Shown here: one piece after another, positions 16,148 to 24,407 of the stretch
Position numbering within the stretch: the stretch's first letter is position 1
Layout: the number at the start of each line of letters is the position of its first letter
Assembly (NCBI GenBank): GCA_964534695.1
Contig: CAZHOY010000001.1
Location: 1-26,572, forward strand
Origin: an uncultured Actinomycetota bacterium
Lineage (GTDB): Bacteria; Actinomycetota; Humimicrobiia; Humimicrobiales; Humimicrobiaceae
Length of the DNA: 26,572 nt
Reading direction: 5' to 3'
The notes under the pieces: generated by a model
Told to the model about the DNA's origin: nothing
Database searches by the model: none
The model's input: only the letters and a program-made list of their open reading frames with translations
Program-made: the position numbers and the translations under genes

Positions 16148-17169
16148 TCATTATGAAAGCTCTGCTCTGTTACAATCAAAATAAATTTAAACTGGAAGAG
16201 ATAGCCAGGCCCGATCTGAAAGAAGACGAAATGCTGATAGAAATGATATATACAAGTCTCTGCGGCTCTGATATTGTAAAAATATTTGATCCCCGGGTAA
16301 AAAAGCCTGCTGTTTTTGGGCATGAAGTAGTGGGAAAAGTAGTGGAAACAGGAAAGAATGTAACCGGATTTGATATAGGCGATGTAGTAGTAGCTGCTCA
16401 TCATATACCCTGTTATCACTGTCATTACTGTCTGCACGGCAATTATTCCATGTGCAGGCACTTTAAGGAGACCAATATATATCCAGGCTCATTCTGCCAG
16501 TATATAAGACTGTCAAAAGAACATATAAGGCACACTACTTTTAAAATTCCCGGCAGCTTTAATATCATTGAATCACTGTTTATAGAACCTCTAGCCTGCT
16601 GCATAAGAGCCATGGAGAGGATTTCCTTTAAAAAAGATGATATATTTTCCGTGGTTGGAACCGGTGTTATCGGAATGTTATTTATCCAGTTGATTAAGCT
16701 TTCAGGCGGTAGAGTGGTGGCCATTGATGTGGACAGCAGTCGGCTGTCCCGGGCTGAAGCTGTGGGAGCTGAATATACCATAAATCCGTCTGTACAAAAT
16801 ATCTGCGGAGAAATTAACAGCATTACGGATATAGGCATAGACGTTGCCATACTTACCTTAACTAGCAAATATACCATGGGTGAAGCCCTATCTTACACTA
16901 GAGACGGTGGGATAATAAGTATTTTTGGAGCTTCGGGCAGGGAGAGCAGATTCGAAGTTGATTTTGAAAAAGTGTATAGAAGAGAACTGACCATAAATAG
17001 TTCTTATTCAGCCACTCCCGAGACCCTAAAAAGTGCTTACAATATTATAAAAGATAAAAAAATAGATTTATCCCTGCTTATATCCGGGGTTATGCCGCTT
17101 TCAGATTTTAAAAAAGGTCTGGACCTTATGCTGAAGAGAAAAATATATAAAGCGATTTTTAAGCTGTAG
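16144..17169 (+). CDS. Zn-dependent medium-chain dehydrogenase, copy 2
   Basis: LCGSD, FGHE, IEP, CYHCHYC...C, GTGVIG, AIDVD. GTGA overlap with copy 1; the ATG at 16153 is an alternative start. Confidence 0.92.
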   Translation: MIIMKALLCYNQNKFKLEEIARPDLKEDEMLIEMIYTSLCGSDIVKIFDPRVKKPAVFGHEVVGKVVETGKNVTGFDIGDVVVAAHHIPCYHCHYCLHGNYSMCRHFKETNIYPGSFCQYIRLSKEHIRHTTFKIPGSFNIIESLFIEPLACCIRAMERISFKKDDIFSVVGTGVIGMLFIQLIKLSGGRVVAIDVDSSRLSRAEAVGAEYTINPSVQNICGEINSITDIGIDVAILTLTSKYTMGEALSYTRDGGIISIFGASGRESRFEVDFEKVYRRELTINSSYSATPETLKSAYNIIKDKKIDLSLLISGVMPLSDFKKGLDLMLKRKIYKAIFKL

Positions 17170-17218
17170 CATCTCTTTGACGCCGTAAAATAGTAATTCT
17201 TGAGTTTGAGAGTAAATC

Positions 17219-18526
17219 ATGTTTTTAGATGAGGCAAAAATCAATATAAAAGCAGGAAACGGCGGAAACGGCATGGTTACTTTCTTTAAACTGAAAGGCG
17301 GGACCAAAAAAATTCCCAGCGGGGGAAGTGGAGGAAAGGGCGGTAGTATTTTAATAGAGGCCGTCGGGAATTTAAGTACTCTGTACGGATTTAAGAAAAA
17401 GATACATTTTAAGGCTGAAAACGGGAAAAGTGGCGGGCCCAATAACAGAAATGGTAAGGACGGCGAGGATTTGATCATAAAAGTACCAGCCGGGACTATA
17501 ATAAAAGATGTGAGAGGAAATATAATTGCTGATCTGGATAATTCCGGGGATAGGATTGTTATAGCTGAAGGTGGGATAGGAGGCAGAGGAAATTCGAGTT
17601 TGGTTTCTGCTAAAAGAAGATTTCCTGCATTTGCCGAAATAGGAGAAAAGACAGAAGAATTCTGGGTCAATCTGGAACTCAGGCTTATTGCTGATGTGGC
17701 ATTGGTTGGATTTCCTAATTCCGGTAAGTCTACCATAATAAGCCGGATATCGGCAGCGAAACCGAAGATAGCAGATTATCCTTTTACTACTTTATCGCCC
17801 AATCTGGGTGTTGTAACTGTAAATGACGAAGATTTTGTGATTGCGGATATCCCCGGACTGGTAAAAGGGGCGCACCGGGGAACAGGCCTGGGGGATAAAT
17901 TCTTAAGGCATATAACCAGGACTGCGGTGCTGGCTCTGGTTTTGGACGGGCAGAGGATTATAGACCAAATGCAGGATATAGTTAAGACTTTCGATATTTT
18001 AAGAGAAGAGATAAAACTATATAATATTGATATATTTAAAAAAGATTATGTGGTTTTAATAAACAAGGTTGATCTGGTATCGGATAATGATAAATTAGAA
18101 GGGATCGCAAAAGTTCTTGAGAATAAGAGCAGAAAAGATATTTTTTTAATATCAGCTGTTACCGGAAAGAGCCTTGATAAGTTAGTATGGGGCCTGTACC
18201 GGAGAGTGGCTGCATACAGGGAGAAGCTCCAGAAGGATAAAGGCAGAGCAGCCAAAAGGAGGAGAGAAGTAAAAGTTTATGGGCCGGATAAAAAGAAACC
18301 GGAAATGGGGAAAATTGAAATTGAAAGAAATAATGGTGAATATGTGGTGAGGAATAAAGAAATAGAAAGAATGGTAGCCATGACTGATCTGGAAAATGAA
18401 GAAGCGCTGGATTATTTAAAGTACAGGCTTAAAAAGATAGGAATTGCAGACAGGCTAAAAAGGATGGGCATTAAAGAGGGGAGTACTATAATTATAGGAA
18501 ACCTGGTTTTTTCACTGGTGGAATAA
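17219..18526 (+). CDS. obgE: GTPase ObgE/CgtA with C-terminal OCT domain
   Basis: Gly-rich Obg fold (AGNGGNG, GGSGGKGG, GGIGGRGN), G1 GFPNSGKS, YPFTT, DIPG, NKVD; C-terminal LKRMGIKEGSTIIIG. Confidence 0.98.
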   Translation: MFLDEAKINIKAGNGGNGMVTFFKLKGGTKKIPSGGSGGKGGSILIEAVGNLSTLYGFKKKIHFKAENGKSGGPNNRNGKDGEDLIIKVPAGTIIKDVRGNIIADLDNSGDRIVIAEGGIGGRGNSSLVSAKRRFPAFAEIGEKTEEFWVNLELRLIADVALVGFPNSGKSTIISRISAAKPKIADYPFTTLSPNLGVVTVNDEDFVIADIPGLVKGAHRGTGLGDKFLRHITRTAVLALVLDGQRIIDQMQDIVKTFDILREEIKLYNIDIFKKDYVVLINKVDLVSDNDKLEGIAKVLENKSRKDIFLISAVTGKSLDKLVWGLYRRVAAYREKLQKDKGRAAKRRREVKVYGPDKKKPEMGKIEIERNNGEYVVRNKEIERMVAMTDLENEEALDYLKYRLKKIGIADRLKRMGIKEGSTIIIGNLVFSLVE

Positions 18527-18546
18527 ATTTATTTACGGAGCAGGAG

Positions 18547-19683
18547 ATGACTGATAAAAAAAGATGCATAAGAGATATTAAAAGAATGGTTATAAAAATA
18601 GGTTCCAGCAGTCTTACTTTAAAGCAGGGCGGTCTGGATATTGCCAATATGGAAAAATTTGTAAAGGAAGCCAGCTCTCTGATTAAGAAAGGAATGGAGG
18701 TAATAGTAGTGACCAGCGGAGCTATAGCTGCAGGTCTGGAAGGCTTGAATATACCAAAAAAACCGGAAAATATAACACTACTTCAAGCTGCCGCTTCTAT
18801 AGGCCAGGTTGAACTTATGAAACTGTACAGCAACCTGTTTTCAAAAAATGACTTAAAAATAGGCCAGATACTATTAACCCAGGAAGATACTACCAGAAGG
18901 GAGCAGTACCTTAATATAAAAAATACCATAAAGAATCTAATTAATTTAAGTATTGTTCCTATTATAAATGAAAATGACAGTGTAGCCGTGAACGAGATAA
19001 AATTCGGGGATAACGATGAGCTGGCAGCTCTGGTTTCGATTCTGGCAGAAGCAGATATTTTAATAATTTTAACTGATATTGATGGAATGTATGATAAAGA
19101 CCCCAGGATTCATAAAGATGCAAAGTTAATTTCATATGTAAGCAGGATAAATGAGGATATTGAAAATGCAGCAGGAGGAATTGGTTCAACTTATGGTATC
19201 GGCGGGATGGAATCAAAAATAAAGGCTGCAAAGATTTGCTCATTCTCGGGTATAAAAGTGATAATTGCAAATTGCAGAAGTAAAGATTTGCTGGATAAGA
19301 TCATTGCCGGTGAAGATATAGGAACATTCTTTGCTCCCCAGACTGAAAAAAGGGTAAAAAGTGTAAAAAAATGGATAGCTTTTGGCATGAAAACCAAGGG
19401 TGATATAGTTATTGATAAGGGGGCGGAGGAAGCTGTATTGAACAAAGGGAAAAGCATTTTGGCTGTTGGTGTGGTCAGAGTCGGCGGAAAATTTAACCAG
19501 GGCGATACGCTGAAGGTATTTTCGGTGGATAATAGACTGATTGCTAAAGGAATAAGCAATTTTTCCAGCAGGGACATAGAGAAAATAAAAGGAAAGAACC
19601 GCAGTAAAATTTTATCCGAATTCGATGATTCTATGTGCGGTGAAGTAATTCACAGAGATTACCTGGTAGTTTTTAAGGATTAA
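18547..19683 (+). CDS. proB: Glutamate 5-kinase with PUA domain
   Basis: VIKIGSSSL, VTSGAIAAG, AASIGQ, PIINEND, FGDNDELAA, GIGGMESKIKAA; C-terminal PUA domain. Confidence 0.97.
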   Translation: MTDKKRCIRDIKRMVIKIGSSSLTLKQGGLDIANMEKFVKEASSLIKKGMEVIVVTSGAIAAGLEGLNIPKKPENITLLQAAASIGQVELMKLYSNLFSKNDLKIGQILLTQEDTTRREQYLNIKNTIKNLINLSIVPIINENDSVAVNEIKFGDNDELAALVSILAEADILIILTDIDGMYDKDPRIHKDAKLISYVSRINEDIENAAGGIGSTYGIGGMESKIKAAKICSFSGIKVIIANCRSKDLLDKIIAGEDIGTFFAPQTEKRVKSVKKWIAFGMKTKGDIVIDKGAEEAVLNKGKSILAVGVVRVGGKFNQGDTLKVFSVDNRLIAKGISNFSSRDIEKIKGKNRSKILSEFDDSMCGEVIHRDYLVVFKD

Positions 19684-19701
19684 TTTTTGCCGGCTTTTTT
19701 G

Positions 19702-19710
19702 TGTTATAAT
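19702..19710 (+). promoter_or_regulatory. Extended -10 promoter element upstream of proA
   Basis: Perfect TG-T-TATAAT in the proB-proA gap, followed by GGAGG (19722-19726) and ATG 19732; no clear -35. Confidence 0.6.
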
Positions 19711-19731
19711 AACTAGAAATTGGAGGAGTAT

Positions 19732-20988
19732 ATGGATATAGTTCTGGAAATAGCAAAAAATGCAAAAGAAAGCTCTGGTTTTATTTCAAATGCAAATACC
19801 GCGGTTAAAAATAAGGTATTATCTGATATTTCAAAACATCTTATCAGCTGCACTGAAGAAATAGTAAAAGAAAATAAAAAAGACCTTGAAACATCCATGC
19901 AGCAGGGAATAGCTGAAAGTTTGCTGGATAGGTTGAAACTGGATGGGCAGAGAATAGAAAAAAAAGCGGAAAGTATAAATAAAGTGATCAAATTTACTGA
20001 TCCTGTAGGAGAGGTAATTTTTGGATATAATCTCCCCAATGGACTGATTTTAAAGAACATAAGGGTACCGCTGGGAGTTGTGGGGATGATATATGAAGCC
20101 AGGCCCGATGTTACTATTGATGCTTCGGTTCTGTGCCTCAAGGCCGGGAATTGTATAATTTTAAGAGGAAGTTCACACGCACTTAATACCAATAAAAAAT
20201 TGGTTGAAGTAATGAGCAGAGCACTGAAAGATAACGGTTTTCCACGAAGCATAATACAGATTATCCCTTCTGCCGAAAGAAAAGATGCGGTAAGATTGAT
20301 GCAGCTGAGGCAGTATGTAGATATTCTTATTCCGAGGGGTGGTAAGAGTTTGATTGACAGCGTGGTGAAAAATTCCAGGGTACCTGTGATTGAGACCGGA
20401 ATCGGGAATTGCCATGTTTATGTTGATAATGTGCTGGAAAACATAAACCAGGATATAATTTGTGAAGTAATAATAAATGCCAAGACACAGCGGCCGAGTG
20501 TATGCAATTCGGCTGAAAAATTACTGGTGCATAAGGATGTTGCTGAAAAACTGCTGCCGGTGATACTTGGAAAACTTGAGACCGGAAAGGTAAAGCTTTT
20601 GGGCTGCAGTAAGTCCAAAAAAATTTATCCGTCTATCGAGCTGGCTTCTGAACAGGACTGGTATAAAGAGTATCTGGATTATAAAATGGCAGTAAAAGTT
20701 GTTGATGATATAGAAGAAGCGGTAAAGCATATAAATAAGTACGGCTCTCACCATACTGAGACAATAATTACATCGAGTTATCAGAGCTCAATTTATTTTA
20801 CAGGCAGGGTAGATTCATCCACTGTTTTTGTCAATGCTTCTACCAGGTTTACGGACGGGGAACAGTTTGGAATGGGTACAGAAATTGGGATAAGTACCCA
20901 GAAACTTCACTGGCGGGGACCTATGGGATTAAGAGAGCTTACAACCAATAAGTTCATAGTATTGGGCAATGGTCAGATAAGGATGTGA
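19732..20988 (+). CDS. proA: Gamma-glutamyl phosphate reductase
   Basis: VPLGVVGMIYEARPDVT, LIPRGG, PVIETGIGNCH, catalytic SVCNSAE, NASTRFTDG, GISTQKLHWRGPMGL. Start moved to ATG 19732 because the TTG at 19720 overlaps the GGAGG RBS. Confidence 0.97.
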   Translation: MDIVLEIAKNAKESSGFISNANTAVKNKVLSDISKHLISCTEEIVKENKKDLETSMQQGIAESLLDRLKLDGQRIEKKAESINKVIKFTDPVGEVIFGYNLPNGLILKNIRVPLGVVGMIYEARPDVTIDASVLCLKAGNCIILRGSSHALNTNKKLVEVMSRALKDNGFPRSIIQIIPSAERKDAVRLMQLRQYVDILIPRGGKSLIDSVVKNSRVPVIETGIGNCHVYVDNVLENINQDIICEVIINAKTQRPSVCNSAEKLLVHKDVAEKLLPVILGKLETGKVKLLGCSKSKKIYPSIELASEQDWYKEYLDYKMAVKVVDDIEEAVKHINKYGSHHTETIITSSYQSSIYFTGRVDSSTVFVNASTRFTDGEQFGMGTEIGISTQKLHWRGPMGLRELTTNKFIVLGNGQIRM

Positions 20989-20989
20989 T

Positions 20990-21625
20990 ATGGGAAAAAA
21001 CAGCGAGACCAATGAAAAAATCGGAATTATGGGTGGAACATTTAATCCCGTACATAACGGTCATCTGGTTACTGCTCAGGAGGCATTAAGCCAGTTTAGA
21101 CTGGATAAGGTAATTTTTATACCTACGGGAAATCCGCCGCATAAAGTCGATAATGAAATAGCTGATGCTGAGGACAGACATATAATGACCGTTATTGCTA
21201 CTTCTTCGAACAGCAGATTTTTTGTTTCAAGGATTGAAATAGACAGAAAAGGTAAATCATACACTATAGATACTGTTAGGCAGCTAAAGGGAATGTATAG
21301 TAAAAGTTCATCGCTATATTTCATAACCGGTGCCGATGCTATTTTAGAAATACTTACCTGGAAGAATACCGCAGAGATAATTTCACTTTGTGAATTTATA
21401 GCTGCAACCAGACCTGGATACAATCTGGCACGGATAGAGGACCTTAAAAAAAGGCTTTTCGGCAGGGATGAAGCTTCCCGCAATAGAATTTATATAATGG
21501 AGATACCGGCTCTTTCCATTTCTTCAACCGATATAAGAAATAGAGTAAGGAGCGGCAGGCCAATAGATTATCTCCTTCCTAAGGGAGTTAGCAATTATAT
21601 ATTAAAACATGAACTTTATAAATAA
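20990..21625 (+). CDS. nadD: Nicotinate-nucleotide adenylyltransferase
   Basis: GIMGGTFNPVHNGHL, PTGNPPHK, SYTIDT, YFITGADA, ISSTDIR. Confidence 0.97.
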   Translation: MGKNSETNEKIGIMGGTFNPVHNGHLVTAQEALSQFRLDKVIFIPTGNPPHKVDNEIADAEDRHIMTVIATSSNSRFFVSRIEIDRKGKSYTIDTVRQLKGMYSKSSSLYFITGADAILEILTWKNTAEIISLCEFIAATRPGYNLARIEDLKKRLFGRDEASRNRIYIMEIPALSISSTDIRNRVRSGRPIDYLLPKGVSNYILKHELYK

Positions 21626-22220
21626 TCTTGCCCTGACCGCCGGGCAAAAAAGATATCTTAAGGATTTGGTTGAAAAAATCAAGTCTGTTATGCATGCATC
21701 TTTATATCAGCACTCTGTTAACACACTGGAGTATGCAGTTATTATTGCCAAAAAGCATTTAACCGATATAGATTTTTTTAATTTAAGTGTTGCATGCATA
21801 CTGCATGATTACGGTAAAAGATTTAACTACGGGGAACTGGTGGAGGTTGCAAAGGAAAATAAACTCAAGCTCAGTAGTTTTGAATTAAATTCCCCGCCTT
21901 TAATACATAGTTTTGTCGGTGATTATTTGGTTTCAAGAGATTTTAATATCTCTGATAAAAAAGTGTTAAAAGCAATTAAATTTCATACCATTGGGTATTG
22001 TAATATGAGTTTGGAACATAAGATTTTATTTATTGCAGATAAAATTGAAAAAAGCAGAAAATATAATAATGTGAAAAATTTAAGGAGTCTGGCTCTAAAA
22101 AATATTAATTTATGTCTACTAGAGGTTTATAAAAATACTATAATATATGTTATAAACAGGAACAGACTTTTACATCCTGATACGAGTAAGATTTGGAACA
22201 ATATTTGTGGAGGTATTTAA
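21609..22220 (+). CDS. yqeK: YqeK family HD-domain Ap4A hydrolase
   Basis: HSVNT, ILHDYGK, IHSFVG, AIKFHTIG, FIADKIE..R; position directly after nadD. Confidence 0.9.
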   Translation: MNFINNLALTAGQKRYLKDLVEKIKSVMHASLYQHSVNTLEYAVIIAKKHLTDIDFFNLSVACILHDYGKRFNYGELVEVAKENKLKLSSFELNSPPLIHSFVGDYLVSRDFNISDKKVLKAIKFHTIGYCNMSLEHKILFIADKIEKSRKYNNVKNLRSLALKNINLCLLEVYKNTIIYVINRNRLLHPDTSKIWNNICGGI

Positions 22221-22221
22221 A

Positions 22222-23994
22222 ATGTCTTTTGATGAAGATGAGAAAGAATTCAGGGAAAAGAATTCCGATAATAGAGATTTTAATAATATAAATGACAGAA
22301 ATAAAGAGTCCCGTAATTCTGAAGATGATTTTTTTAAGGATGAAGATTTTGAGTTTGAAGATCATATGGGCGAAGATACTGAGAGTGAAGGATATAGAGT
22401 CAAGAGAATAAAGCAGAGAAGAAGGAGGAGAAGAGTCATTTTCAGAACTATTGGCATAATGTTTATCCTGATTGTAGTTGCAGTAGGAGTAGTTTTCTGG
22501 GGTGTTCCGTGGATTAAAAGTAAACTTCCTTCTAAAGTCGAGATACCGAAAGAAGAGAGAATAAATATACCCAGTTCTCTTGAATTAACACAGGATATTG
22601 ATATTGTTATTGCCTGTGCCGGCGAGAATCTGCTGGAACCCGATGTAAGTTCAATTATATTTTCAAGATATTATAGTATCGAAAATAAATTGATATCATT
22701 GTGCATTCCGGTAAAAACATTGTTGGATATACCAAGCATAGGTACAGGATTAGTATGTGAATCTGTGGAAGGAGGCATGGACCTGCTGAGCCTTACCCTG
22801 AAAAATAATCTGGGTATAGCTATGGAAGTGGATTACTATATTCTTATGGATATTTATAATGTCGTTAATAAACTGGATGGAATAAATCTGGAGCTGGATG
22901 AGGAGATTACAGTCAAAAATTATGACGATGACTCGACCTTTGAACTACAACCGGGAAGTAACCTGATTGATGGAGCCGAAGCGGTAAATTTTCTTAAATA
23001 TTTCAGCGGAATAGAGCAGGAGGTTCTCATAGGAGATATTGTAAAACAAAAATTGATCCTGGATGCAATAACCCAAAAGATTGCAGGTGAAAGTGAAGAA
23101 GAATTATCAGCCAATCTGAATCTTATAAAGGATTTTATGGACAGCAATCTGAGCATGGAGGAGAGACTTAAAATATTCTCCACCTTTTCCAAAATAGGAT
23201 CCGGTAAAAGCAACGTTTATTCTCTGAACGTAGAGGATCATGAATCACCTGAAGGTGAAATATTTTATACAATAGGAGATATTTCTGGACTTCCTGAAAT
23301 ATTTGGTATAGAGGAGACTGCGTCTGAAGAGGTTACTGCTATTGAAGAAACAGTCGATTTGACCGTATTTAACGGCGAGGGTACCCCCGGGCTTGCAGCC
23401 GGAGTGGCAGAACTTCTAAAAGGTAAGGTATTTGAAAGCGGTAAGAATAAATATAATATACTTGAAGTGGGAAATGCGAATAATTTTAATTATAATATTA
23501 CAGAAATTACAGTATATTCGGACCAGTCTTATGTAATAGACGCAGCAGATGATATAAAAAACATACTGGGGGTAGGGAACATAACCGTAAATGAAAGTGA
23601 GGATATAGAATCAGATATTATTATAATCCTGGGAGCGGATTATAAGGCCAATGAAACGGGATCAGGGGGTTTAGAAGAGGCTGATCAGCTTGTAAAAATA
23701 ATTGTTTTAAATGGCGAGGGTACACTCGGAATAGCAGCGATAGTTAATGGTATCCTTGAAGATCATTTTAATGCTGAAGAAAAAATTGTAGAGATGTTGG
23801 AACCAAGGAATGCTGACAACTGGAATCATACAAAGACTGAAATAACCATATTTACTCAAAGAGAAGGATTAGATGAATTGGCCCAGCAGATACAAGATAG
23901 GCTAGGTGTGGGAATAATAAATTATTCTGACAATAATGTAGATAATGTGGATATAAGTGTACTTTTAGGGAGTGATCATACAGATCAGTGGTAA
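22222..23994 (+). CDS. Degenerate LCP (LytR-CpsA-Psr)-like membrane protein with two LytR_C domains
   Basis: ATG 22222 after GGAGG; acidic N-tail, poly-Arg, TM helix; LCP-like fold pattern (LCIPVKT, VVNKLDGINL, LIDGAEAVNFL); two copies of V.NG.GT.G.A...G.DY/H (LytR_C). Confidence 0.8.
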   Translation: MSFDEDEKEFREKNSDNRDFNNINDRNKESRNSEDDFFKDEDFEFEDHMGEDTESEGYRVKRIKQRRRRRRVIFRTIGIMFILIVVAVGVVFWGVPWIKSKLPSKVEIPKEERINIPSSLELTQDIDIVIACAGENLLEPDVSSIIFSRYYSIENKLISLCIPVKTLLDIPSIGTGLVCESVEGGMDLLSLTLKNNLGIAMEVDYYILMDIYNVVNKLDGINLELDEEITVKNYDDDSTFELQPGSNLIDGAEAVNFLKYFSGIEQEVLIGDIVKQKLILDAITQKIAGESEEELSANLNLIKDFMDSNLSMEERLKIFSTFSKIGSGKSNVYSLNVEDHESPEGEIFYTIGDISGLPEIFGIEETASEEVTAIEETVDLTVFNGEGTPGLAAGVAELLKGKVFESGKNKYNILEVGNANNFNYNITEITVYSDQSYVIDAADDIKNILGVGNITVNESEDIESDIIIILGADYKANETGSGGLEEADQLVKIIVLNGEGTLGIAAIVNGILEDHFNAEEKIVEMLEPRNADNWNHTKTEITIFTQREGLDELAQQIQDRLGVGIINYSDNNVDNVDISVLLGSDHTDQW

Positions 23995-24374
23995 AAAAAG
24001 TAGTAGAAGGTAGCAATCTCAACTCAAAGGCTGGAGATATAAAGGCAATAGTAAAAAAAGTTGCCAGAATAGCGGATGAAAAAAAAGCGGATTATATAAA
24101 AATTCTGGATATGAGATCCAGATTAATTATCACCGATTACTTCGTAATAATCAGCGCAAAGAATACCAGATTAACCAGAAGGATAGAAGAAGAGATTTGC
24201 GTACATCTGAAAAACCACAGGCGGTATCCTATAAATGTTAGCGGATTGTCCGAGGGGAACTGGATTCTTGTTGATTATGATGACTTTGTGATCCATATCT
24301 TTACCAACGAATTCAGGGAATATTATAGGCTTGAAAGATTATGGAAGGATTCTAAAGAGCTAAAATGGAATTAG
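23988..24374 (+). CDS. rsfS: Ribosome silencing factor RsfS (Iojap)
   Basis: KKADYIKILDM, TDYFVI, WILVDYDDFVIHIF...REYYRLERLW. Confidence 0.95.
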   Translation: MVKKVVEGSNLNSKAGDIKAIVKKVARIADEKKADYIKILDMRSRLIITDYFVIISAKNTRLTRRIEEEICVHLKNHRRYPINVSGLSEGNWILVDYDDFVIHIFTNEFREYYRLERLWKDSKELKWN

Positions 24375-24407
24375 GCATATTAAAAATATCCGGGAAAGGA
24401 TTGGAAA

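Larger units (their letters stand above)
11686..17218. other. Accessory gene block inserted between rpmA and obgE
   Basis: rplU-rpmA-obgE is contiguous in many bacteria; here six unrelated genes and two long intergenic regions intervene, including a TA pair and a very AT-rich stretch. No integrase, transposase or flanking direct repeats found. Confidence 0.7.

Noticed and set aside
17177-17205. TTGACG upstream of obgE as a -35
   Set aside because: No acceptable -10 at 16-18 bp spacing.
17101-17736. 211-aa Pro-rich - strand ORF
   Set aside because: Mirror of the Gly-rich Obg N-terminus (GGN codons read as Pro/Ser/Thr/Ala on the other strand). The other short antisense ORFs in the track are rejected likewise.
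19685-19700. GCCGGC followed by a T-run as an intrinsic terminator after proB
   Set aside because: Only a 6-bp palindrome with no room for a loop; too weak to call.
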